The notes below the pieces were generated by a model. That model worked only from the letters and a program-made list of their open reading frames with translations. It made no database searches and was not told the DNA's origin. Below are positions 12,231 to 22,279 of a DNA stretch of 64,000 nt, piece after piece. How positions within the stretch are numbered: the first letter of the stretch is position 1; every line of letters starts with the position of its first letter. The translations under genes and the position numbers were made by a program. The stretch covers positions 10,804-74,803 of the forward strand of contig JALOCJ010000007.1 of NCBI GenBank assembly GCA_023227825.1, read 5' to 3'. Origin of the DNA: Candidatus Cloacimonas sp. (GTDB taxonomy: Bacteria > Cloacimonadota > Cloacimonadia > Cloacimonadales > Cloacimonadaceae).

Positions 12231-13037
12231 ATGGTATTACGCAAATTACACTGTATTCTTTGGCACTTCTATCTGATAAGTGAGTTTTTTCTCATTTCTG
12301 CTGTAATTAGAATTTTCACTAGAGATGAGAAACTACGCAGAAAAAGATTAGTGAAAAATAATAACCGCATAAGCAAACACTTTATACGGGCTTTTAAGAT
12401 AAAACTGAAAATAAGTAATCCTGAAAAGCTGGAACTATTAAAAAATGAGGCATATCTGGCTGTTTCCAATCATACCACTTATCTTGATATCATACTCCTT
12501 TCAGCACTGGAAAATTTTGTGTTTATAACTTCTGTAGAAATGAAACATAATCCCTTTCTGGGAAAAATTACCCGTAATGGGGGATGCCTTTATACGAACC
12601 GGAAAAAATATATTTCTCTACCTGCCGAAATTGAGAAATTTGCCTCTGCTATTCACCAGGGCTTTAAAGTTCTCCTTTTTCCTGAAGGAACAAGCACAAA
12701 TGGCATAACCGTTCAGCCCTTTCGGAAATCCCTTTTTCAAGTGGCAGTAAATGCTAAATGCTCTATTCTACCTCTTTGTATTAAATACTCCTCAATTGAT
12801 GGTAAAAAGATAGATAAGAAAAATCGTGACCTCATTTTCTGGTATGGAGATATGCCTTTCCTTACTCATTATCTGAAACTTATTGGACATTCCATTGAAG
12901 CTCAAATAGATATTTTAAATGCTATTCCCTATCAGGAAGGAAAAACACGACAGGAACTTGCTGATGAGGTTTATCAACAAATACTGGCTTCCTACCTGGA
13001 AAAAGAAAGTTCAGTTGACAAACAAACCAGTTCCTGA
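12231..13037 (+). CDS. Lysophospholipid acyltransferase (PlsC family)
   Basis: NHTTYLD (HxxxxD) and FPEGTSTNG. Confidence 0.9.
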   Translation: MVLRKLHCILWHFYLISEFFLISAVIRIFTRDEKLRRKRLVKNNNRISKHFIRAFKIKLKISNPEKLELLKNEAYLAVSNHTTYLDIILLSALENFVFITSVEMKHNPFLGKITRNGGCLYTNRKKYISLPAEIEKFASAIHQGFKVLLFPEGTSTNGITVQPFRKSLFQVAVNAKCSILPLCIKYSSIDGKKIDKKNRDLIFWYGDMPFLTHYLKLIGHSIEAQIDILNAIPYQEGKTRQELADEVYQQILASYLEKESSVDKQTSS

Positions 13038-13101
13038 TCTGTGGTTCTTATGAAAAATAACATTACGGAAAAACATTGCTTTCAGCTATGAAGGAGTAAA
13101 G

Positions 13102-13299
13102 ATGAAAAATAAGGAAGAGAAAAACAAACTGCACTTAAACCGAATCAATTTTATCCTCCTGCTTATAGCAGCAATTGTATTAGTTGCCGGCTATATAATT
13201 ATGTCCTTTAATGAGATTTCTCTATCCCCCGTTTTATTGGTCTTTGCTTATGCTTTAATTATTCCCTTTGCCTTGCTGTATCAACCTAAAAAGAAATAA
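13102..13299 (+). CDS. Small two-TM membrane protein (DUF3098-like)
   Basis: Two hydrophobic segments; aaggag RBS upstream of the ATG. Confidence 0.55.
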   Translation: MKNKEEKNKLHLNRINFILLLIAAIVLVAGYIIMSFNEISLSPVLLVFAYALIIPFALLYQPKKK

Positions 13300-13300
13300 G

Positions 13301-14179
13301 ATGCCGCTTTTATCTGAAGAAGCATTAGTCCGCCTGAATAAGTTCCAGCTTACTGCTAAAAGCATAGTTGAGGGCTTTTTAGTGGGTTTGCATAAATCTC
13401 CTTATCATGGTTTCAGTGCAGAATTTTCAGATCACAGGCAATATAATCCTGGAGAACCGTTAAAAGACCTGGACTGGAAAATTTTGGCAAAAACGGAACG
13501 GTACTATGTAAAACGCTATGAAGAAGAAACCAACCTACGCAGTTACATTCTTTTAGATCACAGTAAATCAATGTTTTTCAGTTCCGGAAAAAGCAGTAAA
13601 ATTGAATATGCAACTCAATTGGCAGGTGCTTTGGCTTGGCTGATGATTTCCCAAAAAGATGCTGCCGGACTTTATACATTTAATAACAAAATTACTTCTG
13701 CTTTTCCACCCAAAGCAATTAGAAGCTATACTTCCCAGTTATTTGCTGCTCTCTTAGATTTGAAGGCAGAAGACCAAACAGACCTGTTAACTCCCCTGCA
13801 TCAAATTGCCGAACTGGTAAAAAAACGCTCTCTGATAATCCTTATCAGTGACCTTTTAGATGAACCGAATAATATTATGGAAGCATTGAAACATTTCCGT
13901 GCCCGCAATCATGAAGTACTTGTTTTTCATATAATTGACCCTAAGGAAGAAAAGTTTGATTATAAACGAGAAGCACAATTTATAGATAGTGAAACAGGAG
14001 AAAAAATAACTGTCTCACCCTGGCAAATACACAAGGAATATCAGGAAAACTATCATCAGTTTACGAACTATCTAAAACGGGAATGCTACAAAAATCAAAT
14101 AGAATATAATCCTGTTGATACCTTTACCCCAATAGAAGACCTCCTGCTGAAGTATCTAATTAAGAGACAAAAAGGTTAA
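13301..14179 (+). CDS. DUF58 family (vWA-like, usually MoxR-associated) protein
   Basis: GLHKSPYHGFSAEFSDHRQYNPGE, IDWK-like LDWK, LLDHSKSM, ISDLL. The track ORF starts at 13268; ATG 13301 is the likelier start. Confidence 0.85.
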   Translation: MPLLSEEALVRLNKFQLTAKSIVEGFLVGLHKSPYHGFSAEFSDHRQYNPGEPLKDLDWKILAKTERYYVKRYEEETNLRSYILLDHSKSMFFSSGKSSKIEYATQLAGALAWLMISQKDAAGLYTFNNKITSAFPPKAIRSYTSQLFAALLDLKAEDQTDLLTPLHQIAELVKKRSLIILISDLLDEPNNIMEALKHFRARNHEVLVFHIIDPKEEKFDYKREAQFIDSETGEKITVSPWQIHKEYQENYHQFTNYLKRECYKNQIEYNPVDTFTPIEDLLLKYLIKRQKG

Positions 14180-14183
14180 AACA

Positions 14184-15035
14184 ATGGCTTACAGATATGT
14201 TTCATGTGAAACAATTGAGTCCGAACTCGCTAATGCCATAAAATATATAACCTTTACCCCTGATCCTGAATTACCTGCCCTGCTGAAAAATGCCCTTGCC
14301 AACGAGACCGGCGAAATCAGTAAAGATATTCTCAATTGTATGCTAAAAAACATAGAACTGGCACCTAAAATAGAAATCCCCCTCTGTCAGGATACAGGAA
14401 CCTTGGTTGTGTTTGCGGAAATAGGTAATCAATGTATAATTGAAGGTCCACCCTTACCGGAAATTATTAACGAAACCCTGATAAAGGTCTCTAAGGAACT
14501 CTATTTACGACCATCAATTGTAAAAGACCCTCTTCTGCAAAGAGAAAATACAGGAAATAATGCCCCTGCAATAGTGCATATTTCTATTATAAAAGGAGAT
14601 ACAATAAAATTGCAGATTGATCAGAAGGGTGGTGGTGCCGAAAATATGAGTCGGCTGCAAATGTTTACACCTTCTGCCAGCTCTGAGGACATAAAAAATT
14701 TTGTGGTAGAAACAGTTACTCTGGCTGGAGGTAATGCCTGCCCCCCTTTGATAATAGGAATTGGTATCGGTGGCAATTTTGAGACCTGTGCTCTTTTAGC
14801 CAAAAAAGCTATATTGCGGCCATTAAGCAAGAAAAATCCCCTGAAAGAATATGCTGTTTTAGAACAGGAAATTTTGGAAAGTGTCAACGCAACAGGAATC
14901 GGGGTGCAAGGATTAGGAGGAAAAACTAATGCTTTAGCTGTTCACATTTTAACTGCTCCCTGTCATATTGCTTCTTTACCTGTGGCAGTAAATTTACAGT
15001 GCCATTCCCACAGGCATATAGAAATTATTATATAA
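14184..15035 (+). CDS. Class I fumarate hydratase / tartrate dehydratase alpha subunit
   Basis: PLCQDTG, KGGGAEN, GNACPP, CHIASLPVAVNLQCHSHR. Confidence 0.92.
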   Translation: MAYRYVSCETIESELANAIKYITFTPDPELPALLKNALANETGEISKDILNCMLKNIELAPKIEIPLCQDTGTLVVFAEIGNQCIIEGPPLPEIINETLIKVSKELYLRPSIVKDPLLQRENTGNNAPAIVHISIIKGDTIKLQIDQKGGGAENMSRLQMFTPSASSEDIKNFVVETVTLAGGNACPPLIIGIGIGGNFETCALLAKKAILRPLSKKNPLKEYAVLEQEILESVNATGIGVQGLGGKTNALAVHILTAPCHIASLPVAVNLQCHSHRHIEIII

Positions 15036-15038
15036 CTT

Positions 15039-15542
15039 ATGAAAATATATAGATATACCTTGCCTCTTTGTCCAGCTGATATAAGCCAACTGAATATATC
15101 TGATAAAGTTTTATTAAGCGGCTGTCTGTTTACAGCCAGAGATGCAGCTCATAAAAGAATGGTGGAAATTATCCAAAGAGGAGAAAAATTACCTTTAGAC
15201 CTGGCAGAAACAACACTATTTTACTGTGGACCAAGTCCTGCCAGACCGGGAAATGTATGTGGAGCAATAGGACCTACAACCAGCTCCCGAATGGATGTTT
15301 ACACTCCTATTTTAATTCAAAACGGCTTGCGAGTAATGATTGGCAAGGGTGAACGCTCGCTGGAAGTGCAAAAAGCGATTATGGACTTTGGAGCGGTCTA
15401 TTTTATTATGTCTGGAGGCATTTCCGCCTATCTATCTCAACATATTGTTTCCTGTGAAACATTTCTTTGGCAAGAACTGGGTCCCGAAGCTATCTATAAA
15501 CTTTGGGTGAAAGATATTCCTGTGTATGTTCATAGTAAATAG
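15039..15542 (+). CDS. Class I fumarate hydratase / tartrate dehydratase beta subunit
   Basis: TARDAAHKR, GPTTSSRM, MIGKG, ELGPEAI. Confidence 0.92.
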   Translation: MKIYRYTLPLCPADISQLNISDKVLLSGCLFTARDAAHKRMVEIIQRGEKLPLDLAETTLFYCGPSPARPGNVCGAIGPTTSSRMDVYTPILIQNGLRVMIGKGERSLEVQKAIMDFGAVYFIMSGGISAYLSQHIVSCETFLWQELGPEAIYKLWVKDIPVYVHSK

Positions 15543-15579
15543 GGAATTAACAATAGAAGAAGATATTTTTAGGGAGATG

Positions 15580-15760
15580 GCTTTAGAAACAAGGATTACA
15601 GGAATATAGTTTTAGAAACGAGGATTTCAGGATTTTAGGATTAAGAGGATTTAGATGTGTAGTCGGAGGACGCCGTTCCTCCGCAAGAAATATTCTCTCA
15701 CAGATTCTACAGATTTAGTTTTAGAAACAAGGATTACAGGATTTTAGAACTAAGTGGATT
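15580..15760 (+). repeat. Dispersed TTTAGAAAC(A/G)AGGATT motif cluster containing a GTAG-led REP-like hairpin
   Basis: The motif occurs three times here and once near 6598. gtagtcggaggacgccgttcctccg at 15659-15683 is GTAG followed by a CGGAGGA/TCCTCCG stem. Confidence 0.65.
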
Positions 15761-15795
15761 ATTTGTGTAACTGATTATCAATATAGTATTATTCA

Positions 15796-16041
15796 AGCCC
15801 CTTTGGGCGACACAATGATAGCGATGGTGGCGTAAGCCCCTCGAAAAAAGGAAGATACAATCATCATCTTTTATTTATTTCGTATTCCAAAAGAGCCCCT
15901 GAGGGCGACACAATGATAGCGATGGTGGCGTAAGCCCCTCGAAAAAAGTAAGATATAATCATCATCTTTTATTTATTTTCGTATTCCAAAAGAGCCCCTG
16001 AGGGCGACACAATGATAGCGATGGTGGCGTAAGCCCCTCGG
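15796..16041 (+). repeat. 98-99-bp tandem repeat (about 2.5 copies) built on a REP-like unit
   Basis: gggcgacacaatgatagcgatggtggcgtaagcccctcg at 15805, 15903 and 16002; the intervening AT-rich linker is near-identical between copies. Confidence 0.9.
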
Positions 16042-16061
16042 GAAAAACACATTATGAAATA

Positions 16062-16180
16062 AGTCCCAGCGGGACAACAGAACGGAACTTTATCTCCCAT
16101 AACGAATTATTATATTATTCCGGTGCTGTTTTTCGCCGGGTTAAAACCCGTCGTTAATATCTGTCGTACCTACGGAACTT
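16062..16180. repeat. REP doublet-like element
   Basis: agtcccagcgggacaacaga ... cgggttaaaacccg (perfect hairpin) ... tctgtcgtacctacggaact; the end segments are roughly inverted. Confidence 0.55.
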
Positions 16181-16325
16181 TTCTCCTGTTATGAGTTATT
16201 ATATCATCCTACCATTTTATTCCTTTCTATATGAAATCAAGCAGAATATTGATAAAATAACTCAATTGTACTTTGTTTCGTAGTGTATATGCAAAAATCT
16301 TTTAGAGTTTATTAGTAGATTTTTA

Positions 16326-16354
16326 TTGACATTAAAACCCAATAATATTATAAA
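16326..16354 (+). promoter_or_regulatory. Sigma70-type promoter for the island operon
   Basis: TTGACA (16326-16331), 17-bp spacer, TATAAA (16349-16354). Confidence 0.7.
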
Positions 16355-16438
16355 GGAACAAGATAACAGATTTATAAATTATGGAGTTCTAAAGAAGGTA
16401 GAATTAATGCCATAATAGCTAATACTTATTCTAACGGA

Positions 16439-18853
16439 GTGATAACTATGAATGAAAAAATTGACCAATTATATTGTGATTCCAATGTTCAAATTTTATT
16501 TGATAAACTGGATAATACAATTACATATTATACACAGCATAGAAAATCGATTCCTCCTATTCATTTAGACGATAAATTACAATTTATTCAATTATACAAG
16601 GACAGTGGAGATCTTATTGTATCTTGTTCAAGCGGAACAAAGAAAATATATATTTGTAAAAGAAATCGCTTATACACTTTAAAACATGAATCTAACAACC
16701 TTGTTTATATCTTAGACCAAAGTTTTATTGTTGATGACACAGACCCTATTCCTAAAGTGTGGCAGATTTATGATGATAAATTAAAATTGTTAACCTATAA
16801 TAAATATCATATTAATAACGATTATTTGCCTTTAAGTGCATATACTATATATAAGGGCACTGACAATTGTAAATATTTAGTTACATCCCAAAGTAAAATC
16901 AAAATAGTAATTACCGGGTTTATGTTATTGAACTACAATTCGGAGACAATAAACCAAACAAATTCAACCATTATAAATGAATTATATTCAAAGATAAAAT
17001 ATGATAAGAAAACAACCAACAGCAGCAATACTCTTAAAATTCTATATTCTTATGATGACTCTGCATTTGAACTATATAGAACTATAAATGATTCTGAAAT
17101 TCTCATTGAAAAAATTGATAAACACGCGTGTACCCTTAAGAAAATCCAATTTATTAATGACAACTTTTTTATATCGTTGGATAGTTGCAGTAAATTAAAG
17201 ATATGGTTTGTAAATCAGGATACCTATTATGTATGTCAGACATTAACACCAGACGACTATTTCAACCATATCTATTATAATGATTTTATTATTTCTGAAA
17301 ACATGAAGGAGATTCAATTATTGGCGGATAACGATATTTACATCTATACCCTTGCATTAAACACTTATAAACCAAAACATAAAAATAATTTACTTATCTT
17401 TGATAGACACATATTCAAAACTACTATGGATACGACAAGTAGAGGAACAGATAGCGTTGGATTAACATCTAAAACTTTTGAACCAATCCCGAAAGATACG
17501 GATATATCCAATAACAAACAAAACGATATTAATAATGCAAAAGAGGAACTACAAACCATCTCTAAAGAACCCGAACAAGAGATAATTAGAGAAGTTATAC
17601 CCAGAAAAGGGGTCAATCAATCTTCTCATTTTGTTAAAAAACAAGCAAGAATATATATAGGCATTGATTTTGGAACAAGTAGAACAAAGGTATCTTTTAA
17701 CAATGAGACATCTGGGCATTATGAACCGTTAAATTTTAAAAGTATGATACCAGATAATTATAAACCAGAGAGTGATTTTGATTTATTTATTATCCCTTCT
17801 ATAGCAAAGAAAAGCGGAAATGCGATAAAATATGGTTATGAAACATACAATGCGAAAGGTATTGAGATAACAAACTTTAAACAGGCAATATTAAAGAGAA
17901 ATGTGAAAACAGAAACTATGCTGATTGCTGCAGGTTTTATTGCTTATGTAATGAAAATATCCCAAGACACAATTAGAAAACTAATACCTTTAACAGATAA
18001 TGATGAATTTATATTTTCTGTATGTCTTCCTGTTGAACAGATGAACAACAATGTTATTGTAGAAAGATTTCAAAGTATTTTGCTACTATCAAAAAAATTA
18101 CTTTTCTACGACTGCTTTAATGATATGCAGAAGATGAGTAAATGCGAGAAATTAAATAGTACACAGAAATTATCAAATAGCAATATTAGAATTGAGATAA
18201 TACCTGAATCTATTGCAGAAATACTTGATTTTTATGAAAGAAGAGCTAAAACTAAATTATATGCAATCTATGACTTTGGAGCTGGGACAACTGATCTTAC
18301 TATATTTTATGCAGACAAGTCATTAGGGAAAATTGATATCTTAGGAGCTAAAATTGTTTATAATGGTTATTCCTATATAGACAATTTAAAAGAGCAAAAC
18401 CGATATAATGAAGAAGAGGTGCTTAAATATTATTCAGATATATGGAATAAATTTAAGGATTCAAATGTATGGCAAAGGGTTAAGGGAAAAATTAGGGGTT
18501 TAGAAGCAATGAGATTTTTTTATGATTTAACAGTGTTTGGAGGAGGTGGAGGTTTTAATGATGATACTTTAAGATCTGTCTTTTCCAATATCCCTTTATA
18601 TGATGAACAGACAAATGAATATATTAAATCGCCAGATGGAATTATTAAATTAGAAGAACCACTTGATTGGGATAGTAATTTACCGCCCTATTTTAGATAT
18701 GCTGTATCCTTTGGTCTTACAAAGAAACCAGAAGAAACACTTATGAGATATAAATTGCCAAAAGATTGTAAAACTCGTGATGTATCTCCTAAAATTAAAG
18801 AACTCAACGAACCAGACGAAATAATTCCAGATCAGAATTGGTTAGGTAAATAA
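16439..18853 (+). CDS. Hsp70/actin-fold ATPase with an N-terminal WD40-like region
   Basis: IGIDFGTSRTK (phosphate 1), PESIA (connect 1), IYDFGAGTTDL (phosphate 2), VFGGGG (adenosine). No DnaK substrate-binding domain recognisable. Confidence 0.75.
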   Translation: MITMNEKIDQLYCDSNVQILFDKLDNTITYYTQHRKSIPPIHLDDKLQFIQLYKDSGDLIVSCSSGTKKIYICKRNRLYTLKHESNNLVYILDQSFIVDDTDPIPKVWQIYDDKLKLLTYNKYHINNDYLPLSAYTIYKGTDNCKYLVTSQSKIKIVITGFMLLNYNSETINQTNSTIINELYSKIKYDKKTTNSSNTLKILYSYDDSAFELYRTINDSEILIEKIDKHACTLKKIQFINDNFFISLDSCSKLKIWFVNQDTYYVCQTLTPDDYFNHIYYNDFIISENMKEIQLLADNDIYIYTLALNTYKPKHKNNLLIFDRHIFKTTMDTTSRGTDSVGLTSKTFEPIPKDTDISNNKQNDINNAKEELQTISKEPEQEIIREVIPRKGVNQSSHFVKKQARIYIGIDFGTSRTKVSFNNETSGHYEPLNFKSMIPDNYKPESDFDLFIIPSIAKKSGNAIKYGYETYNAKGIEITNFKQAILKRNVKTETMLIAAGFIAYVMKISQDTIRKLIPLTDNDEFIFSVCLPVEQMNNNVIVERFQSILLLSKKLLFYDCFNDMQKMSKCEKLNSTQKLSNSNIRIEIIPESIAEILDFYERRAKTKLYAIYDFGAGTTDLTIFYADKSLGKIDILGAKIVYNGYSYIDNLKEQNRYNEEEVLKYYSDIWNKFKDSNVWQRVKGKIRGLEAMRFFYDLTVFGGGGGFNDDTLRSVFSNIPLYDEQTNEYIKSPDGIIKLEEPLDWDSNLPPYFRYAVSFGLTKKPEETLMRYKLPKDCKTRDVSPKIKELNEPDEIIPDQNWLGK

Positions 18854-18857
18854 CATT

Positions 18858-21800
18858 ATGTTTAGCGTGGGAACAAAAGTCAGAATAAAAAACAATACTG
18901 AAAGAGTAGGAATAATTGAGAATATATCAGAAGTCAGTGGAAACATTGTATATAAAGTAAGATTTTCCGATGGAGTTACTCATTATTCAGAAACAAGTTT
19001 AATGGAGTATAAAGAAACGCCAAGTGTTAAATCAAATTTATTATCCAATTACTTTGGAGATTTTAATGACTTTCAAAAGGCATTAACTCATCTAAAACTG
19101 GCAAATTCTAACACCATTCAAAATAATATTTACTCCATAAATACATCACGAACTTTATTTTTGGAATATCAGTTTAAACCGCTTATGAAATTTATCAGTT
19201 CTGCTAAAAGAAGAATATTGATTTGTGATGAAGTTGGATTGGGAAAAACTATAGAAGCAGGATTAATTATAAATGAATTAGAAGCACGAAAAGAATTAAA
19301 TACTGCTCTTATTGTAGTTCCTGCCAATTTGAGAAGGAAATGGCAAGATGAACTTTTATACCGCTTTAAAAAAGATTTTAATATCATTGGAGCTAATGAT
19401 TTCAAAGGGATTATAGAAGAAGACAAAACTTATTATAACAAATATAAACATAATAGGTTCATAGTATCTTTAGAATCTATCCGTTCTGATAAACTTATGG
19501 CTGCGATTGATGATTCTGATTTTCAGTGGGATTTATTAATAGTAGATGAAGCACATAATCTTAGAAATATGTCTAAACAACATAATTCAATTAAGAAATT
19601 AAGCATAAACTGCCAAGCAATAGTTTTTCTTACTGCTACACCAATTCATACAGAAAGGCGTAACCTATTCAACATATTAAATATTCTTGAAGAACAACAA
19701 TTTGAATATCTTGATTCTTTTGAAGATCAATTGCATAAAAATGAACCTGTTGTTAGTGCGTTGAATCATATCAGTAAAATCCCTCCTCAAATAGATGAAT
19801 CAATTACTCTTCTTCGTGGCATACAAGGTTACTTCAAAGATAATGAAATCTATAATGAAGTAATCAATAATCTTTTAAATTTTAATCAAATAAAAACGAA
19901 TAACTCAAATGAAGTATTAGAAAAAGTAGTTGAGTTGCAAAGGTCTTTAAGTGATCTACATTTTCTCGGTAATTTATATACGAGGACGAGGAAAAGAGAT
20001 GTAGATGTAAATCGTCCGGAAAGAAAAGTTCAAACAATTTCTATTGATTTATCTGATCAGGAGAAAGCACTATATAAAGGTCTAATTGATACTGTAAAAG
20101 AAACTACACCAAGATCTTCTATAGAAGGATTATTTAAACTTTTCAGCATGCAAAGAATGTTATCGTCTTCACTTCATGCACATTACAAGAAGTTATATGA
20201 GAAATATAATCAGCAAAACATTGTCCAAGATTATCTGGAAGAAGTGGATAATGAAGAGTTGGATAGTATAGATAATATAGATTTTAATGAGGGTTATCCT
20301 AATTTACCGGATAATAAATCAGAAAAACTGCTTTCTTTATTAAGTGATATAACATTACAAACAGACAAAGTGATAATTTTCGCCTTTTACATTCAGACCA
20401 TTATCTATCTCTACAATAGGTTAACTCAAAATGGTTATAAAGTATTTATAATCTATGGATCGCTTAAGATTGATAGATTTCAGATTATAAAAGAATTTAT
20501 GGATTATAATGGATTTTCGGTTTTGTTATCGTCAAGAATAGGTAGTGAAGGTATTGATCTTCAATTTTGCAATACTCTAATCAATTATGATTTGCCCTGG
20601 AATCCGATGGAAATTGAACAGAGAATAGGACGAATTGATAGAATAGGACAGAAATCGGATATATTGAATGTTTATAATTTCTATATGAATGATACGATTG
20701 ATGATGAAATTGTAATGAGATTATATCAAAGAATAGCTTTATTTGAATCTTCCATAGGAACATTGGAACCAATAATGGGTGAAGTAATTGACCGGATTAC
20801 AAAAAATGTATTTTTTAGTAATCTTACTGATGATGAAAAAAGGAAAAAATACTTTGAAGAAGAAAAGGTCTTAATCCAAAGAATGAAAGATATCAAGATG
20901 CTTGAAGAAAAATCATCGGAAATTTTAAGTTTGGATTATTTTTATGAACATGAAATTAAGAACATTAAAGGTAAAAATCGTTATATATCCCCACAGCAAC
21001 TTTATAGATATATATCAGGTTATATATGCACAAAATATCCAGATAGTGTTGTAAAATATGATACAAATACAAATATTGGAGAACTACTTTTAAGCGATGA
21101 TTTTTTAAGGGATGTTCGTTCTGTGAATTTTAATTTGGAATTACCTTATGTAGATAGATTAAAAAAGCCGATTAAATATACAATGGATTCTAACATAGCT
21201 TTCGAAAACAGTGATATGACTTTTATCAATATTATGCATCCTTTAGTTCGTTACATCACCGAAAAATATGCTGAAAATGAAGATAATATTGTTAACACCC
21301 ATAATTTTTATATAGATAGAATTGCTTTATCAGCAAAGCAAATTCAGCTCAACAATGGGTTTTACTTTTATTTTATATACCTTGGGATTATAAAGGGCAT
21401 AAAATCTAACAGTTACATTGAAGCAGTTATACTGGATGAATCATTAAAATCTATTGGAGGTAGAGAAATTACAGAACAAGTACTTTCCATACTAATTGAA
21501 TATGGAAAACCTACAATCCAGGGTTTCGTATGTAACGATCCCACTTACATTAAAAATGCTTACGATAAAGCTAATCATATATTCCAAGAAAGATTTATGT
21601 TACTCTTTAACAAACATAAGGCACGAAATGACTTACTCCTAAAACGGAAACTTGAAAGTCAACAATATAATTATACTAATAAATTTAACGCTTATACAAA
21701 TGAGATTATTAAAATTCAAACATATTACAATCAAGACGATGAAAAAAAGAAATTTAGGGTAGAGATGCTAAAAGGAAAAATCAGAAAACTTCAAAACAAT

Positions 21801-21896
21801 TATGATAGTATAAAACAACGCCTTGAAGCTGAAAAAGAAATAGAATTTGAATTTCAAGATCCGGTTATAGGAGGTGTATTTGAAATAATTTCCTGA
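18858..21896 (+). CDS. SNF2-family helicase/translocase (RapA/DrmD-like)
   Basis: DEVGLGKTIEAG, DEAH, LTATP, SRIGSEGIDLQ, NYDLPWNPMEIEQRIGRIDRIGQ; N-terminal Tudor/SH3-like segment. Confidence 0.9.
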   Translation: MFSVGTKVRIKNNTERVGIIENISEVSGNIVYKVRFSDGVTHYSETSLMEYKETPSVKSNLLSNYFGDFNDFQKALTHLKLANSNTIQNNIYSINTSRTLFLEYQFKPLMKFISSAKRRILICDEVGLGKTIEAGLIINELEARKELNTALIVVPANLRRKWQDELLYRFKKDFNIIGANDFKGIIEEDKTYYNKYKHNRFIVSLESIRSDKLMAAIDDSDFQWDLLIVDEAHNLRNMSKQHNSIKKLSINCQAIVFLTATPIHTERRNLFNILNILEEQQFEYLDSFEDQLHKNEPVVSALNHISKIPPQIDESITLLRGIQGYFKDNEIYNEVINNLLNFNQIKTNNSNEVLEKVVELQRSLSDLHFLGNLYTRTRKRDVDVNRPERKVQTISIDLSDQEKALYKGLIDTVKETTPRSSIEGLFKLFSMQRMLSSSLHAHYKKLYEKYNQQNIVQDYLEEVDNEELDSIDNIDFNEGYPNLPDNKSEKLLSLLSDITLQTDKVIIFAFYIQTIIYLYNRLTQNGYKVFIIYGSLKIDRFQIIKEFMDYNGFSVLLSSRIGSEGIDLQFCNTLINYDLPWNPMEIEQRIGRIDRIGQKSDILNVYNFYMNDTIDDEIVMRLYQRIALFESSIGTLEPIMGEVIDRITKNVFFSNLTDDEKRKKYFEEEKVLIQRMKDIKMLEEKSSEILSLDYFYEHEIKNIKGKNRYISPQQLYRYISGYICTKYPDSVVKYDTNTNIGELLLSDDFLRDVRSVNFNLELPYVDRLKKPIKYTMDSNIAFENSDMTFINIMHPLVRYITEKYAENEDNIVNTHNFYIDRIALSAKQIQLNNGFYFYFIYLGIIKGIKSNSYIEAVILDESLKSIGGREITEQVLSILIEYGKPTIQGFVCNDPTYIKNAYDKANHIFQERFMLLFNKHKARNDLLLKRKLESQQYNYTNKFNAYTNEIIKIQTYYNQDDEKKKFRVEMLKGKIRKLQNNYDSIKQRLEAEKEIEFEFQDPVIGGVFEIIS

Positions 21897-22091
21897 CCCA
21901 ATAAATCATATTCAGATTGATCCCATTATTCTTTTGTTAAATGAAATTTATTTATAGTATCATTCTTTTTTTGTATAATAAAATTACAAAATATCCTTAT
22001 TCTTAAATCCACTTGCATCAAAGCGTTTTCAGTGGCGTTAGGGTAAAAAATATATTTTCTTCTTTCCTCCTTGCTTTCTCCTTGAGTGCTG

Positions 22092-22188
22092 TCCAAACGC
22101 TGCCCGAACGCTTCCCGAACGCTTCCCGAATGACGATACGGGATACATTCGGGATGCACTTCATTAGCGTTAGGGATATAAGCAAGGA
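22092..22188. repeat. Imperfect palindrome with 11-bp periodicity, copy 3
   Basis: cccgaa at 22103, 22114, 22125; cgggat at 22139 and 22150; agggat at 22172. Confidence 0.7.
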
Positions 22189-22279
22189 AAAAAAGAGATT
22201 GACATAAAAGGGTAATTTCTGTGCGTGGGACAGAAGGTTGAATTAACTGTTAAGATCAAAGAAACAGGAGACCAAGCGT

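Larger units (their letters stand above)
16439..21896 (+). mobile_element. AT-rich horizontally acquired two-gene island (no mobility gene seen)
   Basis: Line 16801 has 15/60 G+C against 24/60 in host line 22381. The island interrupts otherwise host-like gene order. No integrase or flanking direct repeat found. Confidence 0.6.

Noticed and set aside
13301-14179. MoxR-vWA conflict or chaperone system
   Set aside because: Only the DUF58 gene is present; there is no MoxR ATPase or vWA partner in the window.
15796-16041. Possible CRISPR array
   Set aside because: The segments between the conserved motifs are themselves near-identical, the period is 98-99 bp, and there are no cas genes. It is a tandem repeat.
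16200-22090. attL/attR direct repeats or an integrase bounding the island
   Set aside because: No matching direct repeat, tRNA fragment or recombinase gene was found by eye.
22199-22230. Promoter for the five-gene operon
   Set aside because: TTGACA is present at 22199-22204 but there is no acceptable -10 hexamer at 16-18 bp spacing, so it is not called.
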